Source of the DNA: a virus
Lineage: Duplodnaviria > Heunggongvirae > Uroviricota > Caudoviricetes
Reading direction: 5' to 3' (one strand)
Virus record (IMG/VR): IMGVR_UViG_2636415959_000001
Coordinates: 1 to 33,961 of that record
DNA length: 33,961 nt
In this document: positions 1 through 7,514 of the stretch, piece by piece
Layout: the number at the start of each line of letters is the position of its first letter
Position numbering within the stretch: position 1 is the stretch's first letter
Made by a program: the position numbers and the translations under genes
The notes under the pieces: model-generated
The model's database searches: none
What the model saw: only the letters and a program-made list of their open reading frames with translations
Told to the model about the DNA's origin: nothing

Positions 1-1314
1 TTAACTTACTGATTTTAATAATCCTCTACTGCTAGTTTGTGGTCTATGGGGCATCAATGGGGCAAAATCACCCAGCTTCTGATTCAGCATTGCGATCTGC
101 TCTGCGTTATTGTCTGCCATCCATGCGCCGTACACATTGAAAACCATTTGCGCACTAGCGTGCCCCATCTGACTGGCTATAAAGCTTGGATTGGCGCCAG
201 CGGCCAGTGACCAGCACGCGTAAGTGTGGCGCGACTGGTAAGCTTTTCGATGCCTGATCCCCGCCTTTTTTAACCCTGCGTCCCACGAGTCACCAAACGA
301 ATCAACCTTGTAGATAACCCCCACATCCTTACTTCGACGGACTATCTTAGGGTTAAAGACAAATGTACAGCTGTGCTGCGTTGTTCGACCATATTCACGC
401 AATTGCACGTTGATGTGATACTGCTGCCCGAGTCTAGTCATTTCCATCTGATTCCTTAACGCATCGATGGCTGGCTGAATGAGGTGTATCACTCTATCCG
501 TACTGGCGTCCGTTTTCGGTAGTGTGAACTCGCCCAGTTTTGTATAATTACGGCGAATTGTTATTGTACCCGCTTCAAGGTCTATATCTTCCCATGCCAG
601 GGAAACCAGTTCTCCGTGACGAACACCTGTGTACACCGCCAGTGACCACATGTTTTTCGTCTGCTGATGCCGGCACGCATCTATCAGACGGATGAATTCA
701 TCACGGCTGAGCGGATCTGGCTCCACCCTGGCCCTTTTTAATGGCTTTATTCCATCAAAGGGATTTGCCTTTATGTACCCATTATCGGCGGCGAACTGGA
801 ACATTCCGGCGATAGTCGTCATGTAGTAATTGACGGTGACCGCGCTCCGGCCCTTAACAGGGATCCTGCCCTTTGCCGCGCACTGATAACCCATCAAAAG
901 CTCTTTCCTGATGTACAGCAACTCTTCTTTCTCAATCGCTGTCACCAGTCGGGTAGCCCCGATCAGCGGTACAACAACTGCCACGACCGACTCGTACCGT
1001 TTGTGCGCGTTCGCGCTGATTTCCATCTTTTTCAGATCCAGCCACTTCTCTTCGAGTTCTTTCACTGTGATTTCTTTCTTGCCCAACCCAAAAATTTTAA
1101 GGTTAGGTGAATCTGGAAACCGTTCAGCATAATCAAAGCTTCCCGTGCGGATGGCAAAGCATACCGACACCCGCAGTTCCCCGGCGATCTTCCTGTTCTT
1201 AGCGGTGTCAGGGACACCGAGGTTTTCCCTGACGCGCTTACCTTTAAAATTAAACCAGATGCGCAGACTGCCACCGTGGTTTTCGACGCCTGTTGGATAT
1301 GTGATTTTATCCAT
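1..1314 (-). CDS. int: Tyrosine-type site-specific integrase (phage integrase)
   Basis: 437-aa ORF; C-terminal catalytic region with conserved R (..TGVRHGELVSL..), H-x-x-R (..RHTYACW..) and terminal Tyr region (..VFNVYGAWM..); N-terminal arm-binding-like domain; stop codon at window position 1-3. Confidence 0.9.
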   Translation of the reverse strand: MDKITYPTGVENHGGSLRIWFNFKGKRVRENLGVPDTAKNRKIAGELRVSVCFAIRTGSFDYAERFPDSPNLKIFGLGKKEITVKELEEKWLDLKKMEISANAHKRYESVVAVVVPLIGATRLVTAIEKEELLYIRKELLMGYQCAAKGRIPVKGRSAVTVNYYMTTIAGMFQFAADNGYIKANPFDGIKPLKRARVEPDPLSRDEFIRLIDACRHQQTKNMWSLAVYTGVRHGELVSLAWEDIDLEAGTITIRRNYTKLGEFTLPKTDASTDRVIHLIQPAIDALRNQMEMTRLGQQYHINVQLREYGRTTQHSCTFVFNPKIVRRSKDVGVIYKVDSFGDSWDAGLKKAGIRHRKAYQSRHTYACWSLAAGANPSFIASQMGHASAQMVFNVYGAWMADNNAEQIAMLNQKLGDFAPLMPHRPQTSSRGLLKSVS

Positions 1315-1369
1315 TAATACCTCCAGACGCCCAAGAGCGATACGAGCTTACCTTTTTCATGGCATCAAA

Positions 1370-1606
1370 TCATCCTGGCTGCTTGCTTTTCATTGAAGCG
1401 ACCCAGGCATCTACAGCCTTTCTGTTATACATGCACTCACTGGAAGGTTTTGGATTCCCGTCAGGTGATACGTGGATATACTCCCTCCCAACCATCCAGC
1501 ACTCTTTTCTGGCCCGGAGGATGGTACCGGGCTTGAGCCCGGTAACCGCGATAAGAACGCTTTCACAAACCCAATCGTTAGGAGCTAACTGAATAACATT
1601 GCTCAT
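1370..1606 (-). CDS. Excisionase-like DNA-binding protein
   Basis: 78-aa ORF immediately upstream of int, same strand; motif ..GLKPGTILRARKECWMVGREYIHVSPDG..PKPSSEC.. resembles the putative-excisionase family as I recall it; RBS GAGG upstream. Confidence 0.65.
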   Translation of the reverse strand: MSNVIQLAPNDWVCESVLIAVTGLKPGTILRARKECWMVGREYIHVSPDGNPKPSSECMYNRKAVDAWVASMKSKQPG

Positions 1607-1615
1607 ATACCCGCC

Positions 1616-1762
1616 TCACACCAAGTCAAGGCCACGGCAGTGGCGCCACACATCAAACATCCGCTTTACCACTTCCCTACAGTAAAAACCGTCGCAATCT
1701 CGCGTAAGGTCGTAACGGCTCCCGTACCGTTGGCGCACCCATATTTCAAATGCTTTGTGCAT
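1616..1762 (-). CDS. Small Cys/His-containing hypothetical protein (48 aa), below ORF-track size cutoff
   Basis: Hand translation MHKAFEIWVRQRYGSRYDLTRDCDGFYCREVVKRMFDVWRHCRGLDLV; its ATG overlaps the upstream gene stop (TAATG) and its stop lies just before the xis-like RBS, suggesting translational coupling. Confidence 0.35.
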   Translation of the reverse strand: MHKAFEIWVRQRYGSRYDLTRDCDGFYCREVVKRMFDVWRHCRGLDLV

Positions 1763-2073
1763 TACTTCACCTCTGCAGATAACGTCGTCACAATGACATG
1801 CTGGCGCGCCTTGGGTTTTATCAGAAAAATAGCCTTGTCATGCCTGAGCCCGTATCCACCTTCACGTTCGCAGCGTGCGACTGAGGCGCACAAAGAGCGG
1901 GGAATACCTTTCTTGCTGACATCAAATACCCAGGCGTTTTTGAGATCGAGGATCAGATTTCCTACATCGCCACCAATGCGTTCGATATAGCGTTCAATAG
2001 CGTGAACAGTCACCATGTAGTGGCGAAACTGCACACTTCCTGAGGCGGTCATTATTGGTGTAGTGGTGGTCAT
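1762..2073 (-). CDS. Hypothetical early protein (103 aa)
   Basis: ORF 1762-2109; preferred start MTTTTPIM at 2073 because it overlaps the upstream stop as TGATG. Confidence 0.5.
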   Translation of the reverse strand: MTTTTPIMTASGSVQFRHYMVTVHAIERYIERIGGDVGNLILDLKNAWVFDVSKKGIPRSLCASVARCEREGGYGLRHDKAIFLIKPKARQHVIVTTLSAEVK

Positions 2074-2534
2074 CACTTCACCTCCACGCCGATCCCGGCA
2101 ATGACACAAGCTCGCTCTATAGCTTCTTTCACCCAGCGCTTATAGGTTTCCGGATGGAATACTTCGCTTTTCCCGGTACCGCTCCAGAACGCTTTTGACG
2201 TAATATCTGGCAGGGTGATGGTCAACGGTTTACCAGAAGTGACATCGCTAACCACTCTCTCCCAGCGGTCGCCAGTCTGCGATTCAAGACGCTGAATTAA
2301 CTCCCCAATACTTAAAGGGGCGATCAACTGCTGGCGTAAGCGCTGAATCTCCGCCGCCATGTAGTAACCGGTTTTGCTCCAGGTATCTACATCATCACCG
2401 GCCATATCCGGTTCCATCGTCGCCATCAGAACGGCGTCGTGATAGTCCTGGCTGCCATTGGTGATCGCGACAGCGTAGGTATCACTGTTTTCGCGCTTAT
2501 GGATAAGCACGACAGGGTTAGTGATTTTGCTCAT
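2073..2534 (-). CDS. Hypothetical early protein (153 aa)
   Basis: ORF in the same leftward operon; overlapping stop/start with neighbours. Confidence 0.55.
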   Translation of the reverse strand: MSKITNPVVLIHKRENSDTYAVAITNGSQDYHDAVLMATMEPDMAGDDVDTWSKTGYYMAAEIQRLRQQLIAPLSIGELIQRLESQTGDRWERVVSDVTSGKPLTITLPDITSKAFWSGTGKSEVFHPETYKRWVKEAIERACVIAGIGVEVK

Positions 2535-2743
2535 TCCGCTGTCTCCCGCTCAGCTTCGATGATGGCATCTACAGCCATCACCAGGGTTTTGGCGAGGTCG
2601 TCGTAATCCTGCCATGCATCATTGCTAAAAAAATTCGTGAGCATTACTGGCGCTATCTGCACAACGAGGTGCTGGCGATAGGTCATGCCACGGGGAGTAT
2701 CGATGCGCGGGCATGGGTAAGCTGAATGCTGGCCTTTGCTCAT
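2531..2743 (-). CDS. Hypothetical early protein (70 aa)
   Basis: Small ORF with 4-nt overlaps to both neighbours (operon packing). Confidence 0.45.
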   Translation of the reverse strand: MSKGQHSAYPCPRIDTPRGMTYRQHLVVQIAPVMLTNFFSNDAWQDYDDLAKTLVMAVDAIIEAERETAE

Positions 2744-2964
2744 CGTGTCGCCTCTCGTTGAATTGTCTTGTAGGCTCGCAACATATCGCGAGATTTTCCG
2801 GACAAAACCGTCTTCATGAAGAACATTCCACTACGGTTTGCAACTATTCCTGGTGTGCAGAGCAGCGTGGCGTCTACCACGCGGTTATGTTTACGGAACT
2901 CAAACACAGTGCTGGTGATCACGATGTTCGCTACGGCGCCATAGTCCTGATATTCGATTTTCAT
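2740..2964 (-). CDS. Hypothetical early protein (74 aa)
   Basis: Small ORF with 4-nt overlaps to both neighbours. Confidence 0.45.
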   Translation of the reverse strand: MKIEYQDYGAVANIVITSTVFEFRKHNRVVDATLLCTPGIVANRSGMFFMKTVLSGKSRDMLRAYKTIQREATR

Positions 2965-3527
2965 GCCAGATGCTCCTCAATAATTTTGAAAGCATCATCA
3001 CGGCATGGCATCACGACGAACTCAGGATTACCGTATGCAGTGTTGATCACTGGATCGAACTGAATGCGAACCGCTCCAGCCTCACCGGAAGGGCGTAACT
3101 GGATGGGAATAAACTTCCGCTCGCGACCAAACATCTTTTCCGGATAACTGAGGTATTCAGCCCGGATAACCGGATTGATACTGAAATCCACTTTTTTCGG
3201 GATGACGCGTTCCATATCAGGAAAGCGACCATCAACAAGTTTGATGCCGGTGATCGAAATCCGGCGTTCGAATGCGTCGCGGTGAATGGCAAACGCTTCT
3301 TTGTTAAATACCAGTTCAGTGGTTTCCGCTTTCGCCGGAACCGGCCCTTCAAACTGGACGATGATGTTTTTCTTCGTCCGGATGCCGTGCTCCATGCGCA
3401 GGGCTACATGCCCGTTAGTCGACTCGATATATTTCGGAGTGATGTGCACACCATTCAGGTAGTAACGGACATCATTTTTTGCTGCGCATACCAGAGCTGC
3501 GCGAATAAGTTTCGACTGGAGGATCAT
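2961..3527 (-). CDS. Truncated DNA polymerase III beta sliding clamp (DnaN)-like protein
   Basis: 188 aa; motifs ..NDVRYYLNGVHI.., ..KLVDGRFPDMERVIPKK.. and C-terminal ..FVVMPCR.. parallel E. coli DnaN segments (..HQDVRYYLNGMLF.., ..KLVDGRFPDYRRVLPKN.., ..YVVMPMRL) as I recall them; covers roughly clamp domain II and part of III only. Confidence 0.6.
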   Translation of the reverse strand: MILQSKLIRAALVCAAKNDVRYYLNGVHITPKYIESTNGHVALRMEHGIRTKKNIIVQFEGPVPAKAETTELVFNKEAFAIHRDAFERRISITGIKLVDGRFPDMERVIPKKVDFSINPVIRAEYLSYPEKMFGRERKFIPIQLRPSGEAGAVRIQFDPVINTAYGNPEFVVMPCRDDAFKIIEEHLA

Positions 3528-4360
3528 GCTTCCACCTCCACGAAGATCTCTTTCGGATCCTTACGCAGAACGAAGCCACCAAATTCAGGATGTTGCCAGC
3601 GCTTGCGTTTACCGCTTGGGCGAACGGATTCTTCCAGCAGCACCTGAAATGCGTGAATGAACGATTCATGATGTACGCACAGCCCACGAACTCCCGGCAA
3701 CTGTCTGGAGGGCAGGTTTGCGAACTGAACAAGACGACGGCACGAAGGATCGGACAGACTGGTTTCCCATGACACTTTGTGTACCGGAACGAATTCGGCA
3801 TCGGTATTCACGAATTCAGTCGAACTAATGCGCCGTTGTGGTAGAGAGGAAGATACAGGCGAAGCAGCAACCAGGTTGGCGCCACTCACTTCCATTACTG
3901 CTTTCATCGTCGCTGATGCGGTTGCTTCGGCCACAACGCGGGCCAGTGAAAGAATGTCATGGTTCATGCTGATTTCTTGCTGGTGTGATTTAGCTACTGG
4001 CACTTCTTTGCTGTATGTGCCTGTGGTCATGATGGCAGGGAGTACATCCTCACAAACCCAGTCCTGTACGCGTTCAGCCGATGGAAGCTGGCTTCGCAGG
4101 ATAAGGCGGAACAAGTCGGCCTGACCAGCCAGCTGAGTACCGCGCGGTTTTTCACCAAAACCCAATTCTAACGATTCGTTATAATCAAGTTTAATCAACG
4201 CCTTGCAGTGGTCTTTCAGCGCTTTTGCTGGGTTCGTATAACCGAGGGATTTAGCCAGTTCTACAGCGTCAAAGGCTGGTTTTCCCTCATAAAGAATTCC
4301 GCTCATAGAAAAATTGAGTTCTTCTGAGCTAAAGGCCATAAGTTGGTTTTTCATCATCAT
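3524..4360 (-). CDS. BRO-N (KilA-N/Bro N-terminal) domain protein, antirepressor-like
   Basis: 278 aa; N-terminal ..FDAVELAKSLGYTNPAKALKDHC..LFRLILRSQLPSAERVQDWVCEDVLPAI.. fits the BRO-N pattern; C-terminal half unrecognised. Confidence 0.65.
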   Translation of the reverse strand: MMMKNQLMAFSSEELNFSMSGILYEGKPAFDAVELAKSLGYTNPAKALKDHCKALIKLDYNESLELGFGEKPRGTQLAGQADLFRLILRSQLPSAERVQDWVCEDVLPAIMTTGTYSKEVPVAKSHQQEISMNHDILSLARVVAEATASATMKAVMEVSGANLVAASPVSSSLPQRRISSTEFVNTDAEFVPVHKVSWETSLSDPSCRRLVQFANLPSRQLPGVRGLCVHHESFIHAFQVLLEESVRPSGKRKRWQHPEFGGFVLRKDPKEIFVEVEA

Positions 4361-4365
4361 TTACC

Positions 4366-4869
4366 TCAGTGCAAAATGTGTTGAACGGGTATTGCTTCGC
4401 CGACACGTAACCGAACAGCAAGATCCATAAACATCTCGTCGAGAAAACCGCTGAACCACGAATGACCGTCTTCTTTCAGGCGCTGATCGTTGGCGGAGTA
4501 GAACTGGAAGACAGCCAGATATCGCTCCTGTGGTTTTTGCTCGATCAGTGCGCCTTCTACGTGTTCAATAAGCAGGTTCTCGATAAGCTGCCGCGTTAAG
4601 CCAAAAACAAACTTACCGGTTTTAAACTGATACTCACCGTCACGGAGGCCCCAGCGTTTTTCACATTCAATCAGGTAGGTAAGGGCGACTGTTCCGCGCA
4701 TGTGCTTACAGATGATTTCAGCCCACTCGTGCTGCTCGGCAGCAGTTAGCTCGTGGTCTCCACTGCGTTTTTCATCCATCATCCATGCAGGGAAATTCAT
4801 ACCAGTCCTTTCATGGATATCTTTCAGCCTGGCGACAAGCTGCTTGATGTTTTCGTTATTTCCTGCCAT
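4366..4869 (-). CDS. Hypothetical protein (167 aa)
   Basis: ORF with plausible start; no recognised motif. Confidence 0.5.
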   Translation of the reverse strand: MAGNNENIKQLVARLKDIHERTGMNFPAWMMDEKRSGDHELTAAEQHEWAEIICKHMRGTVALTYLIECEKRWGLRDGEYQFKTGKFVFGLTRQLIENLLIEHVEGALIEQKPQERYLAVFQFYSANDQRLKEDGHSWFSGFLDEMFMDLAVRLRVGEAIPVQHILH

Positions 4870-4964
4870 CAGTTAATTCCTCCGCTGCATGTTTCTTTTT
4901 CACGTAATCAACAACCTCGCTCAGAAGTTCGTCGATAATTAATTTTCCTGAATCCGTCAGGTAT

Positions 4965-5222
4965 TCAGGTGTGTTTATTAATTTCTATGGCATTTTGATA
5001 TGCGTTTTTGATAGTGGAGTCACCCTCATATCTGCTAAGCCCAACCCCAGTTAATCCTTCAAAACGTAATAAAAGCTGATTCATGAAGTGATCATTTACT
5101 TCTACGGTTTCAATTTTGTTATCTGGAAGTTTTATAATCAGTAGGTTTCCACCGGTATTACGCTTGAGTCGCGCTAATGCCGCATTAGCAATCCGGCGTC
5201 GATAGGTATCGATAATATTCAT
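4965..5222 (-). CDS. Hypothetical small protein (85 aa), AT-rich gene
   Basis: ORF in the AT-rich island next to the repressor; basic N-terminus (..YRRRIANAALARLKRN..). Confidence 0.5.
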   Translation of the reverse strand: MNIIDTYRRRIANAALARLKRNTGGNLLIIKLPDNKIETVEVNDHFMNQLLLRFEGLTGVGLSRYEGDSTIKNAYQNAIEINKHT

Positions 5223-5328
5223 AGTTAGTACCCATAAGCTTTCTTAAGATAAAGAAGAGCGATTGCTTCGTAACCGCAGGACGCATAAAGGCATGCTGTT
5301 CTGTATGCCGTTTTATCTTTGATGAAAG

Positions 5329-5715
5329 TCATACGAAGCGCCTCACAGCTAAAGAAGCGACTACCCGACCATGAATTTTGATATCTTTCAGCTCATCGGT
5401 ATTGAGGGTGAAGGTTTCGTAATGATGGTTGTCCGAAATAATTTTCAATGAACCACAAACTAATGGCTCAACTCTCTTAATAAAAAGGCACGGACGGCCA
5501 AATACATCCATCGTATAAACATAAATGCCAGGGGTTAGCGTGCGGCCACCGCAATCAACGAAAGCCACAACCTCACATGGTTCGATGGTCGGCTGCATTG
5601 AGTCTCCCTCCATCATGCAGCTCTTAACACGGTTACCAAAGTCATTAATGTTGTCAGAGCCGAACAGCATTTGAGGTGTTTTAATTGGCTGATTAATTGC
5701 GATAGCGTTTTGCAT
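5329..5715 (-). CDS. Standalone S24 (LexA/CI/UmuD-type) peptidase-domain protein without HTH
   Basis: 128 aa; GDSMQP serine motif and downstream ..LFIKRVE.. lysine motif parallel the C-terminal domain of the adjacent CI (..GNSMEPVI.. / ..GWKRLKI..); no N-terminal DNA-binding domain; RBS GAGGAA 7 nt upstream. Confidence 0.6.
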   Translation of the reverse strand: MQNAIAINQPIKTPQMLFGSDNINDFGNRVKSCMMEGDSMQPTIEPCEVVAFVDCGGRTLTPGIYVYTMDVFGRPCLFIKRVEPLVCGSLKIISDNHHYETFTLNTDELKDIKIHGRVVASLAVRRFV

Positions 5716-5788
5716 TTTAATTTCCTCAGGGTGAGTTTATCCCCACGCAAAAAGGTGTTATTTATGATTAAATGTGTTAATTAGTTAG

Positions 5789-6082
5789 TTAAATAGCAGA
5801 GAACATTTTTTTAATGTCAGGATGGTCATCTATGATTTTTTTAGCATCATCACATGCTTCTTCATATGACTTGAAGAAATCAACCAGAACAAAATAATTA
5901 TCTACACGTTCGTAGATAGCGAATTCCAAACCATCAATAAAAGTGGTGTTAAATTCGTAATCAAAATCATTCTGATGAGGCTGTGCAGCTCGTAAATAAA
6001 TCCAGTGTGAATTTGCTGCTTTAAGCTTGGCGTGGATATCAAATGCCTGGCTCGCTGGGTTTGGTTGGGAGGTTGTATTCAT
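5789..6082 (-). CDS. Hypothetical protein (97 aa), first gene leftward of the repressor
   Basis: ORF in AT-rich context downstream of the cI terminator and the OL-like palindromes. Confidence 0.5.
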   Translation of the reverse strand: MNTTSQPNPASQAFDIHAKLKAANSHWIYLRAAQPHQNDFDYEFNTTFIDGLEFAIYERVDNYFVLVDFFKSYEEACDDAKKIIDDHPDIKKMFSAI

Positions 6083-6109
6083 CTCGTTGGCTCCGTTGTT
6101 TGCCGATGA

Positions 6110-6160
6110 AATGAGAATACTTAAGTATTAATTGAAGGTCAATGGTATTAATACAAAAAG
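6110..6160. promoter_or_regulatory. Putative left operator/promoter (OL/PL-like) with TAATAC/GTATTA palindromes
   Basis: Perfect palindrome AATACTTAAGTATT (6116-6129) and GTATTAATAC (6145-6154); the same half-site recurs in the cI-cro intergenic region. Confidence 0.4.
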
Positions 6161-6203
6161 AATAATAGATTTCTTATGTATTTGTTATTGAAGATTATTT
6201 TAG

Positions 6204-6244
6204 TAATAAAAAAGCCGACACTATGGTCGGCTTGGTGCTTTTTT
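6204..6244 (-). terminator. Intrinsic terminator downstream of cI
   Basis: Stem GCCGAC / GTCGGC (6214-6219 / 6226-6231), 6-nt loop, followed on the minus strand by a T-run. Confidence 0.55.
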
Positions 6245-6253
6245 GGTAGCGGA

Positions 6254-6946
6254 TCAGAAGATTGTTGATACCCAAAACAGCCTTCCTAAAACCTCAAGAC
6301 TATCCATGTCTACTTCTTCGTCAGGGTATTCATCAGAGTTATAGCTTCTGATTGTCACCTTGTCTGGCCCAGATCTGTAGAGGATTTTTAACCTTTTCCA
6401 TCCACCTTGGTTGATGCCGTAAATTTTACCATCAACGATACGCTTGTCATGGCAGTTTATAGCAACAGTAGAGCCATCAGCGATCACTGGCTCCATGCTA
6501 TTCCCGTGTGCAGCAAAGCATAGAACGCCATCACCATCACTATTAGCTCCCACCTTTCGCAATGTTGCTTTGGAAAACCTAAGTTTTTTGCCATTGTAAT
6601 CATCATTAAGAGCGCTGCCATCTCCACATGCGAACTCGATATCCTTCAAGTAAGGCACCTCTACCTCATCATCCTCAAGCGGCGTTTGCTTATCCCATGG
6701 ATCTATACCAAACATCCTTTGTTCTGGAGTTTTTGCGGGCCCCATGGTGCCTTCACCAGTGCTTAACCATATTGGATCTACATCCAACGCTTTGGCTATA
6801 TCCACGATTTTTCCGCTGGACTGGGCTTTTCCTGAGGTTAGTTTTTGTATGGCCCCCTGGCTTACCCCAACCCTATGCGCTAATTGACTTTGTGTAGCCC
6901 CGGCATGAGCCATCGCCAGCCTTAGTCTTTCTGCAAGTGTGTTCAT
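6254..6946 (-). CDS. cI: CI-like phage repressor (HTH + S24 peptidase)
   Basis: 230 aa; N-terminal HTH (..QSQLAHRVGVSQGAIQKLTSGK..); C-terminal autocleavage domain (GNSMEP, KRLK); divergent from the cro-like gene. Confidence 0.9.
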   Translation of the reverse strand: MNTLAERLRLAMAHAGATQSQLAHRVGVSQGAIQKLTSGKAQSSGKIVDIAKALDVDPIWLSTGEGTMGPAKTPEQRMFGIDPWDKQTPLEDDEVEVPYLKDIEFACGDGSALNDDYNGKKLRFSKATLRKVGANSDGDGVLCFAAHGNSMEPVIADGSTVAINCHDKRIVDGKIYGINQGGWKRLKILYRSGPDKVTIRSYNSDEYPDEEVDMDSLEVLGRLFWVSTIF

Positions 6947-7072
6947 CTAAGTATCTCCGATTTCTGTGCATATTTAATACCACAGGATTAACCATGGCAA
7001 GCGGATAATACTTGATTAATTATTCCTTTGGTATTATTTTATATCTTTAATATTAATACTAAGGGCTTTGTT
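6947..7072. promoter_or_regulatory. Immunity switch region (OR / PRM / PR-like) between cI and cro
   Basis: 126-bp AT-rich divergent intergenic region with repeated TAATAC / GTATTA half-sites (e.g. 6975-6980, 7007-7012, 7032-7036, 7054-7059). Confidence 0.5.
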
Positions 7073-7315
7073 ATGACTGATGAGGTTTTTGAATCCCCAA
7101 TGGCGAAAGCCGTGTACGTTGCTGGTGGGCAAAGTTCGCTTGCTAAAAAGGTTGGCGTTACGCAAGGAGCGGTCTGGAAGTGGGTCAGGGGGGTCAAGAA
7201 AGTTTCTCCTGTCCATGCAGTAGCAGTCTCAAACGCAGTTAATGGAGTTGTTAAGCCTCATGAACTGCGTCCTGATTTGCCGACTCTTTTCCCACACCCG
7301 GGCAATGAGGTGTGA
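7073..7315 (+). CDS. cro: Cro-like HTH regulator
   Basis: 80 aa from ATG 7073; HTH ..SSLAKKVGVTQGAVWKWVRG..; divergent from cI. Confidence 0.7.
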   Translation: MTDEVFESPMAKAVYVAGGQSSLAKKVGVTQGAVWKWVRGVKKVSPVHAVAVSNAVNGVVKPHELRPDLPTLFPHPGNEV

Positions 7316-7316
7316 T

Positions 7317-7514
7317 ATGTCGCACTCAATCACTACCGAAAACCAAATTAAGCCATTGGATATCGATTATCGCGATCCGCGCGGTGTGATTGTGCATGTC
7401 ACCGGCTGGAATCGGGATAAGCAGCAGGTGTATTTCACCAGGCAGAATTATCCGCATGAGTGCATGCAACCGGTCTGGAAGTTTCAACAGTATTTCAAGA
7501 GGTTAACATCATGA
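7317..7514 (+). CDS. Hypothetical protein (65 aa) between cro and the replication gene
   Basis: ORF starting MSHSITTENQ at 7317; occupies the cII-equivalent position but shows no obvious HTH. Confidence 0.4.
   Translation: MSHSITTENQIKPLDIDYRDPRGVIVHVTGWNRDKQQVYFTRQNYPHECMQPVWKFQQYFKRLTS

Noticed and set aside
1640-1990. 116-aa plus-strand ORF in the early-left region
   Set aside because: Opposite strand to the co-directional early operon and overlapping two supported minus-strand ORFs.
6083-6253. N-like antiterminator next to PL
   Set aside because: The first leftward gene (97 aa) has no Arg-rich N-terminal motif; no antiterminator could be recognised from sequence.
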